64,000 bases of DNA from Flavobacteriales bacterium. GTDB taxonomy: Bacteria > Bacteroidota > Bacteroidia > Flavobacteriales_F > PHOS-HE28. The position numbers were made by a program, and so were the translations under genes. Below, one piece after another: positions 1 to 8,200 of the stretch (position 1 is the stretch's first letter; each line of letters starts with the position of its first letter). The notes under the pieces are model-generated. The model saw nothing but the letters and a program-made list of their open reading frames with translations. It did no database searches and was not told the DNA's origin. The stretch covers positions 26,136 to 90,135 of the forward strand of contig JBGAJW010000008.1 of the NCBI GenBank assembly GCA_044224725.1. Direction: 5' to 3'.

Positions 1-2037
1 GTCCTTCACGTTCTCCGCAAGGAACTTGTCGAGTTTGCCTTGGCTGAAGTGCCGCACGCGTTGCTTGAAAGCTTTCAGATCGGCGGGCGTGCGCTTCTGC
101 TCGAAGTACTCCAGTGGTGTCAAGTTCCCCTTGGCCTCGTTCACGTAGTACTCGCAGAGGGTCTTGTTCGTGAAGCTGTCATCCAAACTGCGGCTGTAGG
201 GGAGAATATGCTCCACATGGATCTCTTCCGTGAACAGCTTGTGCAGCGGGATGGTCTTGTCCGTGTAGGGTGAGATGCGTTCGCACTCCAGCCACAAGTG
301 GAACTTCTCGCGGTCCTTTCCGCTCACCGCTTCGGCGAAGCGTGCGAAGGCTTTCAGGTCCATGGCCGGGTTCAACTTGCTCAGATCGCTTTCTGAGTAC
401 TCCAGTTCGAGCCACAGCTCGAACTTCTTGATGTCGCTCATGCGTGGCGCGGCGATCAAGCCCTTCTTCTGGAGGAAGTCACGATACTCATCCCGCAACT
501 TCTCCTTGTCGCGTATGCTGTTGCGCATCTTCTCTCGCACGGCTTTCGGCTTCTTCAGCTCGCGGAGCAGTTCCACCCGCACCAGATCAGGCTTGCCGTG
601 CTCTTCGATCACAGCGTTCACCAGTCGTGCCGTTTCGTTCACGGTCATCTGCACCAGCGGATTCCGGATCGGGTCCATCTTGCTGGTATCCAGCTTGGCC
701 TTCAACACGCGGTCCGGGTTATCCAGTTCGTTCTGTGAGTGGTGGTATCCCGCCGCCACGCACGCCTCAGCGTAGTTGTAGCCGTCCACGAGGAATGGCA
801 GGATCTTCTGTGCGGCCTTGTGGCTGATGCTGCCATAGTCCAGTTCCAGGTTCACCTCCGCGAAGAGCTTGGCTTGCTCATCGTTCATGCCCAAGCCCTT
901 CTGCGCGTATTCCTCCAACCATTTCTCATCAGCAGCGAAGTAGAGCGTGTGCCAGAGCTTCAACCGTTTCTCAGGGTCTTGTTTCCAGTACCAGTCAGCG
1001 CCCACGGCGCCGATGATGCGTGCGACGGTGACGTTGCCAAGCAACTTTTCGCCGAAGTCATTGAACATCGCACTGGACTTCAGCCCAAGTAGTTCCTTCA
1101 TCTCCTTCTTGCCCATGCTGGCCGCACCACCGAGCTGGGCAGCCAGCGTGCCCCGCTCTTCGTTGGTCAGGTAGTCGTTCACACGCTCCCCGCTGGTCAC
1201 CTTGATGTCGTTCAGCCGTTGCCAAAGCCGGAACTCTTGGAAGAGTGGGTGGCTCTTGGCCATCACCCGCTTACTGGGTTCAAAGCGGCACTTGCTCACC
1301 AAGTGCTTTGCGCTCTTCAGTTTGCGTTGGAAGAAGATCACGCGGTCGCGTAGTTGCTTCTTCAGTTCCTCAGTGAGCACAGCAGGGTAGTAGCCGCTCT
1401 GTTCGGCCCAGATCAGGTCGAACTCTTTTTCATACAGCTCACGCCGCACGCGTTGGTGCTCGCGGATGCGTTCGCGCGGCTCATTCTCGTTGTGCCAGTT
1501 CGCAGGTTGGTTATCGAAGAGCGAAGCCAGGTACTCACCGGCCGTGCGGCAACCGATGGCATTCATCTTCTCTTCGAACGCGCTCATGCGGGCCTTCAGC
1601 CCCTTCAGTTCTTTCTCCTCGTCCCCGCCCTTGGCCGTTTCCTTTCGGTTGCTCTTGAACCCGCGCCGTTGGTTCATCAAAAAGAGGATGCGGCCGAGTT
1701 CTGTGAGTTCAAGCTTCCGGTCCAGGGCTTCCTTCCGTAGGCCATAGAGCTTCTTGGTGGGCAGGCTCACGGTCTTGTCGAACATCATTCCATGGGCTGT
1801 GAGGATCTTCTCCAACTCATCCCGGCGCTGTCGGTAGCGGTCGTATCCGCGTCTTATCCCACGCGCCATCCGCCGTGCCGCATTGCGACTTTCCTCGGTG
1901 CCGCTCTTCGCGTAACTGTCCTCCTTTACACCCACGGGGAAGATCCGCGACCCCATGCCGATGATCTTCTTTCCATCTTCAACAAGACACCAGCCAATGC
2001 TGTTGGTGCCGATATCCAACCCCAGGGTACGTGCCAT
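1..2037 (-). CDS. cas9: Type II-C CRISPR nuclease Cas9 (3' part runs off the window)
   Basis: Manual translation from ATG 2037 gives RuvC-I MARTLGLDIGTNSIGW, an Arg-rich bridge helix (RNAARRMARGIRRGYDRYRQRR), NQRRGFKSNRK, IFFQRKLKS...SHPLFQEFRLWQ, RuvC-II RNPLV...VRVELLRELK and HNH EHILPYSRSLDDSFTNKTLC...NEAKGNLTP. It is missing from the ORF track, consistent with a stop outside the window. Confidence 0.97.
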   Translation of the reverse strand, partial: MARTLGLDIGTNSIGWCLVEDGKKIIGMGSRIFPVGVKEDSYAKSGTEESRNAARRMARGIRRGYDRYRQRRDELEKILTAHGMMFDKTVSLPTKKLYGLRKEALDRKLELTELGRILFLMNQRRGFKSNRKETAKGGDEEKELKGLKARMSAFEEKMNAIGCRTAGEYLASLFDNQPANWHNENEPRERIREHQRVRRELYEKEFDLIWAEQSGYYPAVLTEELKKQLRDRVIFFQRKLKSAKHLVSKCRFEPSKRVMAKSHPLFQEFRLWQRLNDIKVTSGERVNDYLTNEERGTLAAQLGGAASMGKKEMKELLGLKSSAMFNDFGEKLLGNVTVARIIGAVGADWYWKQDPEKRLKLWHTLYFAADEKWLEEYAQKGLGMNDEQAKLFAEVNLELDYGSISHKAAQKILPFLVDGYNYAEACVAAGYHHSQNELDNPDRVLKAKLDTSKMDPIRNPLVQMTVNETARLVNAVIEEHGKPDLVRVELLRELKKPKAVREKMRNSIRDKEKLRDEYRDFLQKKGLIAAPRMSDIKKFELWLELEYSESDLSKLNPAMDLKAFARFAEAVSGKDREKFHLWLECERISPYTDKTIPLHKLFTEEIHVEHILPYSRSLDDSFTNKTLCEYYVNEAKGNLTPLEYFEQKRTPADLKAFKQRVRHFSQGKLDKFLAENVKD

Positions 2038-2070
2038 GCTGTTCGAGTTAAGTGGTTAGTGTATGTTGCC

Positions 2071-2078
2071 TACATTTG
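2071..2078 (+). promoter_or_regulatory. Bacteroidota sigma-A -7 element (TACATTTG) for the tracrRNA
   Basis: Perfect TAnnTTTG match directly before the tracrRNA-like sequence. Confidence 0.7.
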
Positions 2079-2081
2079 TGC

Positions 2082-2156
2082 CGAGAGCTTACCACGATAA
2101 AGACTATTCTACAGGTCTTTTGACCTCGGCCCCGGTTATTCCGGGGCCATTTTTTT
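2082..2156 (+). ncRNA. Putative tracrRNA
   Basis: Adjacent to and divergent from cas9. AGAGCTTACCACGATAAAGACTATTC resembles the Bacteroidota II-C anti-repeat/nexus pattern. It is followed by hairpin AGGTC-TTTT-GACCT and terminator GGCCCCGG-TTATT-CCGGGGCC-A-T7. Confidence 0.72.
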
Positions 2157-2364
2157 GTGGTCACAAAATAGAGAACGAAATGAGTTGGCAGGTCAGCTTC
2201 GTTCAGATCATCGCTCGGATGGTGCCGTTTGCCTTGTCTTCATTGGTCGCCTGCTTTGTTATCAGAAAGGCAAAGGCTTTATTGGGCCATTCGATCTCCA
2301 CAGTTGTCGGATCAATGTGTTGGAGCCTAAGTAGATTTAGCGCACCATCGTGTGTTTCTGTGCC

Positions 2365-2925
2365 ATGACCATCCCCTCCCTCCACAAACTCTTCACCTAC
2401 TACCGCGCCCTCGGCGAGAAGGCCATCGCCCAAGTGAAGGACGAGGACCTGCACCGCGTGCTCGGTGAGGACGGGACCCCGGATGTTCCTCCGGGGAACT
2501 CCATCGCCGTCATCATCCAACACATCGCCGGCAACGCGCGCTCGCGTTTTTCCGACTTCCTCACCAGCGATGGCGAAAAGCCCTGGCGCGATCGGGAAGG
2601 GGAGTTCACCGAAAAGCCTGCGACCCGCGAAGAGCTGATGGCCGATTGGGCCAGCGGGTGGGCCTGCCTCTTCACCGCCTTGGACGCGCTCACCGATGCG
2701 GACCTGGAGCGCATCGTACACATCCGCAATGAGGGCCACACGGTGCAGGAGGCTTTGCACCGGCAGCTGGCGCACTACGCGTACCACGTGGGCCAGCTGG
2801 TGGTGCTGGCCCGCGCCTTCGTCGGCTCGGCGTGGGTGTCCTTGAGCATCCCGCGCGGAAAGTCGCAGGCCTTCAATGCGGAGAAGTTCGCGGAGGAGAA
2901 GGGGAGGAGGCATTTCACGGGGTAG
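2365..2925 (+). CDS. DUF1572 / DinB-superfamily protein
   Basis: NSIAVIIQHIAGNARSRFSDFLTSDGEKPWRDREGEF and RQLAHYAYHVGQ motifs. Confidence 0.88.
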   Translation: MTIPSLHKLFTYYRALGEKAIAQVKDEDLHRVLGEDGTPDVPPGNSIAVIIQHIAGNARSRFSDFLTSDGEKPWRDREGEFTEKPATREELMADWASGWACLFTALDALTDADLERIVHIRNEGHTVQEALHRQLAHYAYHVGQLVVLARAFVGSAWVSLSIPRGKSQAFNAEKFAEEKGRRHFTG

Positions 2926-2934
2926 TTGGGGGGT

Positions 2935-3140
2935 GAGGTCCCGGATAGGCCCCTACGCGCTCGGCCACCGCCCGTGGCCTTCCGGGACGGAGTTTGATGT
3001 TGGCCCGGATAGGCCGCCCACGCGCAAGGCCCCCACTTGTTGGTCGGCACTACGGAGTGTTCCTTGGATCTGTCTTCGCTGCGCGAGGTCCCGGATAGGC
3101 CCCGCCCGCAAGCCCCCATCCGGTGGCCTTCCGGGACGGT
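2935..3140. repeat. Cluster of REP-like palindromic repeats (2 full, 1 partial)
   Basis: GAGGTCCCGGATAGGCCCC...GTGGCCTTCCGGGACGG at 2935 and 3085 (150-nt spacing); partial CCCGGATAGGCC copy near 3004. Confidence 0.8.
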
Positions 3141-3235
3141 TTTGTAAGGTGAACACCCCCGTGTGAGAAACGCACCCCCCGGCACAAGGAGGGCCCAAGG
3201 TGCGCCGTTACCTTCGGCGCTGCCCCCGTGTGCCC

Positions 3236-4261
3236 ATGTCCCGTGTCCGCTCGCTCCTGTTCTTGGTCCTCCGCCGAAGCCTTGGCATAGGCGGACTATT
3301 GCCATTGATCGCCGCTTCGCCGCTGTGGGCGCAAGTGGCCAACGCGGACTGCTCCAACGCGGCCACCCTCTGTGCGGATGCGCCCATCGCCGGCAACAAC
3401 ACCGGCGCGAACATCTGGCCGGGCTTCTGCACCACACCGGCCACGGCGAACGTGGTGTGGTTCACCTTCACCACCAACAGCCAGGGCGGCACGGTGGATG
3501 TGGACATCAGCGGCATTACCTGCCCGCCGCAAGTGGGCATGGACAATGAGCTGAGCGCCGTGGTCTTCAGCGGCGATGGCAACTGCACCCCGAACGCCTT
3601 CGTGTCCGTGGGGGATTGCCAGCACGACTCGCTGGACTTCACCCTGACCACCAACACCCTGCTGCCGAACACGCAATACTGGGTGGTGGTCGCGGGCGTC
3701 ATCGACAACGGCTCCACCATCGCCGCGCAATGCGACTTCACCATCGGCACCTCCGGCCCGGGCGCTGATATCGTGGGCGTGGACTTCTCCGCGGGCCCGG
3801 ATGTAACGCTGACCCAAGGTGGCAGCACACAGTTGCTCGCCACAGGCGGAACCACCTATGACTGGTCGCCCTTGTCGGGCCTCAGCGGCAACGGCATCGC
3901 CGATCCCTTCGCGCAGCCGGAAGAGAGCACGCTGTACACCGTGAGCACGGTGATCAACGGATGCACCTACACGGACGATGTCTTCATCGAGGTGAACCGC
4001 CCGATCTCGCCGCCCAACACCATCACCCCGAACGGCGATGGCATCAACGATACCTGGGACCTCTTCGGCATACAGGACTACCCGCAGGCCACCGTGAGCA
4101 TCTACGACCGCTGGGGCCAGCGCGTGTTCAACAGCGTGGGCTACAAGACGCCCTTCGACGGCAAAGGCCTGCCCACGGCCACCTACTACTGGATCATCCA
4201 GCTCAGCCAGTTGGACGGCGTGTCCGAGCCCTACACCGGTTTCCTCACGATCGTGAACTGA
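3236..4261 (+). CDS. Secreted protein with T9SS type B C-terminal domain (gliding-motility-associated CTD)
   Basis: Signal peptide ending LWA|Q; C-terminal PNTITPNGDGINDTW...IYDRWGQRVF...GFLTIVN; followed by porP. Confidence 0.88.
   Translation: MSRVRSLLFLVLRRSLGIGGLLPLIAASPLWAQVANADCSNAATLCADAPIAGNNTGANIWPGFCTTPATANVVWFTFTTNSQGGTVDVDISGITCPPQVGMDNELSAVVFSGDGNCTPNAFVSVGDCQHDSLDFTLTTNTLLPNTQYWVVVAGVIDNGSTIAAQCDFTIGTSGPGADIVGVDFSAGPDVTLTQGGSTQLLATGGTTYDWSPLSGLSGNGIADPFAQPEESTLYTVSTVINGCTYTDDVFIEVNRPISPPNTITPNGDGINDTWDLFGIQDYPQATVSIYDRWGQRVFNSVGYKTPFDGKGLPTATYYWIIQLSQLDGVSEPYTGFLTIVN
3266..3296 (+). repeat. 31-bp palindromic element in coding sequence, copy 1
   Basis: GTCCTCCGCCGAAGCCTTGGCATAGGCGGAC, encoding VLRRSLGIGG. 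Confidence 0.92.
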
Positions 4262-5256
4262 TGCGCGCACGCTTCCTGCTCCTGGTCCTCCGCCGAAGCC
4301 TTGGCATAGGCGGACCCCCGCGCCTGCCCCTGGCCCTACTCCTGCTCCTGCCCCTGGCCCCCGCGCGCGCCCAGCAGATCGCCCAATACACCCAGTACGT
4401 CTTCAACCAGTTCAGCGTGAACCCGGCGGTGGCGGGCAGCAAGGATTGTTTGGACGTACGCCTCGGCTTCCGCAAGCAATGGGTGGGTTTCCCCGGTGCG
4501 CCCACCACGGGCTGGGCCAGCTTGCACGGCGCCATCCGTGCCAAGGGAAAGCCCTTCGTGAAGAGCCGCCACGGCATAGGTGCGTTCATCGAAAGCGATG
4601 ATGCCGGGGTGATCGGCTACACGCACTTCTACCTGGCCTACGCCTACCACGTGGAAATGGCGAAGGACTATTACATGAGCATGGGCCTCTTCGCGGGCGT
4701 GAAGCAACAGAAGCTCGACCTGGGCGAGGTGAACGCGGTGAACCCGAACGATCCCCTGCTCGCCAGCGACGGCAGCGTGATCGTGTACCCCATGGTCTGG
4801 CCGGGCATCTGGTTGTACAGCAAGAACGGCTGGGCCGGCCTTTCCATGAACCAGGTGCTGGGCAACAAGGTGAAGGACATGGGCGAGAACACGCGCCTCA
4901 CCCGCCACTTCCTCGCCAGTGCCGGTCGGCGCTTCCGCCTCAACCGCACGCTGGCCGTGGTGCCCAGCACCATGTTGAAGCTCTCCCCGAAGTCGCCCCT
5001 CGCCATGGACCTCAACGTGTCCATCGAATACCGTCGCAAGCTCGGCCTCGGTATCTCCTACCGCAACCAGGACGCCGTCGCCTTCATGGTGAAGATCCCC
5101 TTCCTGAAGTACTTCACCCTCGGCTACAGCTATGACGTCACCACCAGCCGGCTCCGGAAGGCCAGCAGCAACACGCACGAAGTGATCCTCGCGATCTACC
5201 CGTGCGGCAACAACGACCCGGCCAAGAACATCGTGCGATGCCCCGTTTTCGAATGA
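4261..5256 (+). CDS. PorP/SprF family T9SS outer-membrane protein
   Basis: QQIAQYTQY...NPAVAG...RKQWVGFPGAPTT...GYSYD...THEV; ATG overlaps the upstream TGA. Confidence 0.92.
   Translation: MRARFLLLVLRRSLGIGGPPRLPLALLLLLPLAPARAQQIAQYTQYVFNQFSVNPAVAGSKDCLDVRLGFRKQWVGFPGAPTTGWASLHGAIRAKGKPFVKSRHGIGAFIESDDAGVIGYTHFYLAYAYHVEMAKDYYMSMGLFAGVKQQKLDLGEVNAVNPNDPLLASDGSVIVYPMVWPGIWLYSKNGWAGLSMNQVLGNKVKDMGENTRLTRHFLASAGRRFRLNRTLAVVPSTMLKLSPKSPLAMDLNVSIEYRRKLGLGISYRNQDAVAFMVKIPFLKYFTLGYSYDVTTSRLRKASSNTHEVILAIYPCGNNDPAKNIVRCPVFE
4285..4315 (+). repeat. 31-bp palindromic element in coding sequence, copy 2
   Basis: Identical to 3266-3296. Confidence 0.92.
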
Positions 5257-8200
5257 AGAAACAACGACCCCTCCACACCGCGGCGCTCCTCCTCCTGGTC
5301 CTCCGCCGCAGCCTCGGCATAGGCGGACTCCTGCTCTTCACGATGGCCGCCACCGCGCAAGACACCAAGTACTGGGTGGGCGGCAGCGGGGACTGGAGCG
5401 ATGCCGCGCACTGGGCGCTCAGTTCCCACGGTGCCGGTGGTGCCGGGGCACCGCGCGCGTCGGAGAGCGCTTGGATCATCGGCCAGGGCGACCGTACCGT
5501 ACATATCGACGGGAACGTCCGCTGCATGGACCTGGTCATCGATGCCACGCACGGCGCATTGGTCATCGATGGCCCCGCTTCGGCGAAACTGGAACTGGGC
5601 GGTGGTTTGCGTGCGGACGGCAACGTGGATTGGACCTTCCCCGGCGACATCGAATTCACCAACGACCACGGCGGAACGATCCAACTTTCCCCGCATGGCA
5701 TCGGTATCGCGAGCAACATCATCCTGAACGGCTCGGCGATCTGGGAGATGAGCAGTGCGCTCGTGCTCCGCGACAATGCCTCGCTCACGCTGAAGAAAGG
5801 AACGCTCCGGCTCTTCGATGGTGTGCTGCAGGCCGGTTCACTCCGCACCGAGGGCCGCGCACGCAAGCGCATCGAGGCGGGCAGCGCGTACGTGATCCTG
5901 GGCGCGTTGGACATCGATACGGAACGCACCGCGGTGGATGGGGGCAGTACCCTGCTCCTCGTGAACGGGCAGATCTCCGCGTGGGACGGTTCCATCCGTG
6001 ACGCCGAAGAATTCCGCGGCATCACCAATTGCGCTACGGGCGCGGGCCAAACGCCCTTCCAGGTGAACGCCTTCGTGACCACCAACTACAACGGCTTCGG
6101 TGTCACCTGCAACGGTGCCTGCAACGGTGCGGTGAACGTGACCGTCACCGGCGGCACGGGCAACTTCTCCATCCAATGGCAAGGCGGGCCCGGCGGTTCC
6201 GGTACTTCCCTGCCCTGGACGAACCTGTGCGCGGGGAACAAGCTGGTGATCGTGACCGATCTCGGCCAGAACGTCGGCTGCTTCGCCAACGCGCTGATCA
6301 CCCCGCCACCACCGCTGGGCGTGCTCTTCTTCGGCCTGAACCCGCCTACCTGCGCGGATGTATGCAACGGAACGGCCGTGACCTTCCCCGGTGGTGGCGC
6401 GGGCAGCGGCTACACCTACAACTGGAACAACAACACCGAGAACACCTCCAACCCCTCGCAGCTCTGCGCCGGCGTGAACACCTTGCAATTGCGGGATGCC
6501 AACAACTGCGTTTTCGATACCTCCTTCACCATCGACCTCCTGCCGGTGGCCGCCGTGCTCACCTTCACCGATGCCACCTGCTCGGGCGATTGTGACGGTA
6601 CGGCACATGTGGATGTGAGCGGGGGCACACCGAACTACACCTTCAACTGGGAACCGGGCTCACCCACCGGGGACGGCACGGCTGATGTCACCGGTCTCTG
6701 CCCCGGCGCTTACACGGTGCTCGTGGCCGATGCGAACAACTGTGATACCACGATCGCCTTCACCATCATCGCGCCGCCACCGATCGTGCCGAACCTCGTG
6801 TTCACCGATGCTACCTGCTTCACCAGTTGCGATGGCACCGCGAACGTGAACCCCACCGGAGCGGCCGGTCCGTTCTCCTTTGATTGGGCCCCGAACCCCG
6901 TGACCGGGGATGGCACCAACAGCGTGACCGGTCTGTGCTCCGGTGATTACACCGTGCTCATCACCGACCTGGCCACGGGATGCGATACGCTCGTTCCCTT
7001 CACCATCGGCTCCGCTCCGGCCATTGATGTGCAACTCACGGTAACGGACGCTACCTGCTCCGGGAATTGCGATGGTACGGCGGACATCGTCGTCAGCGGG
7101 GGAACACCCGGCTACACCATCCTCTGGGCTCCCGGCATCATCACGGGCCAAGGCACCCCCAACGCCACGCAACTCTGCCCCGGCGATTACACCGTGACCG
7201 TTACCGATGCCGCGGGCTGCGACACGACGTTGCAGTTCACCATCGCGCAGCCTCCGCCCATCCTGCCCAACGAGACCTTCACCGATGTGCGCTGCTTCGG
7301 CCAGTGCAACGGCACCATCGATCTGGCACCTACCGGCGGAACGGGAACCTACACCTATGTGTGGGCGCCGCCCCCGCCCGTGGGTGATGGCACCGCTTCC
7401 GCTTCCGCGCTCTGCGCGCAGGACTGGAGCATCACCGTAAGCGACGCGCTCGGTTGCGATACCACCGTCACCATCACCATCAGTGAACCACCCCAGTTGG
7501 CGGTAACGCCTTCGCAAACGAACATCAGTTGCGGCAGCAATTGCGACGGCACGGCCAGCGTGAACGTTTCCGGAGGTACGCCGGGCTACACCTATGACTG
7601 GTCCGGTTCCCCCGTGGGAGACGGCACGAACGCCGTGACGGACCTCTGTGCGGGCGTGTACACGGTACAGGTGCTGGACAGCGCTTTGTGCGAGGTGATC
7701 CAGACCTTCATCATCCAGGAGCCTTTGCCTATCGTGGTGGACGTGGCCACGGTGAACGCGACCTGCCCGAACTTCTGCAATGGAACGGCGGACGCGACGG
7801 TGACGGGCGGCAACGATCCGTACACCTATGTATGGTCGCCTGCTCCGGGCAGCGGCCAGAACACCCCGAACGTGACGGGTCTCTGCGCGCAGGATTATTC
7901 CCTCACGGTCACCGACTCGGTGAGCTGTGATACCACGATCACCTTCACCATCAGCGCCCCACTGCCGATCGATCCGCAGGATTCGGTAACGAACGTGACC
8001 TGCTTCGGCGCGTGCGATGGCAGCATCATCCTGGACCCGATCGGCGGCTTCGGCAACTTCACCTACACCTGGACGCCCCAGCCGCCCAACGGCCAAGGCA
8101 CGAACCAGGCGTTGAACCTCTGCGCGGGAACCTGGTCGGTCCTCATCGCCGACGGCGTCTGCGACACCACACTCGTTTTCGACATCACGGAGCCGGCACC

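Noticed and set aside
40-2100. Plus-strand ORFs over cas9
   Set aside because: Shadows of the minus-strand cas9 frame.
2926-3160. Possible CRISPR array near cas9
   Set aside because: Units are long palindromes with variable interiors and irregular spacing, and do not match the tracrRNA anti-repeat. No array is visible in the window.
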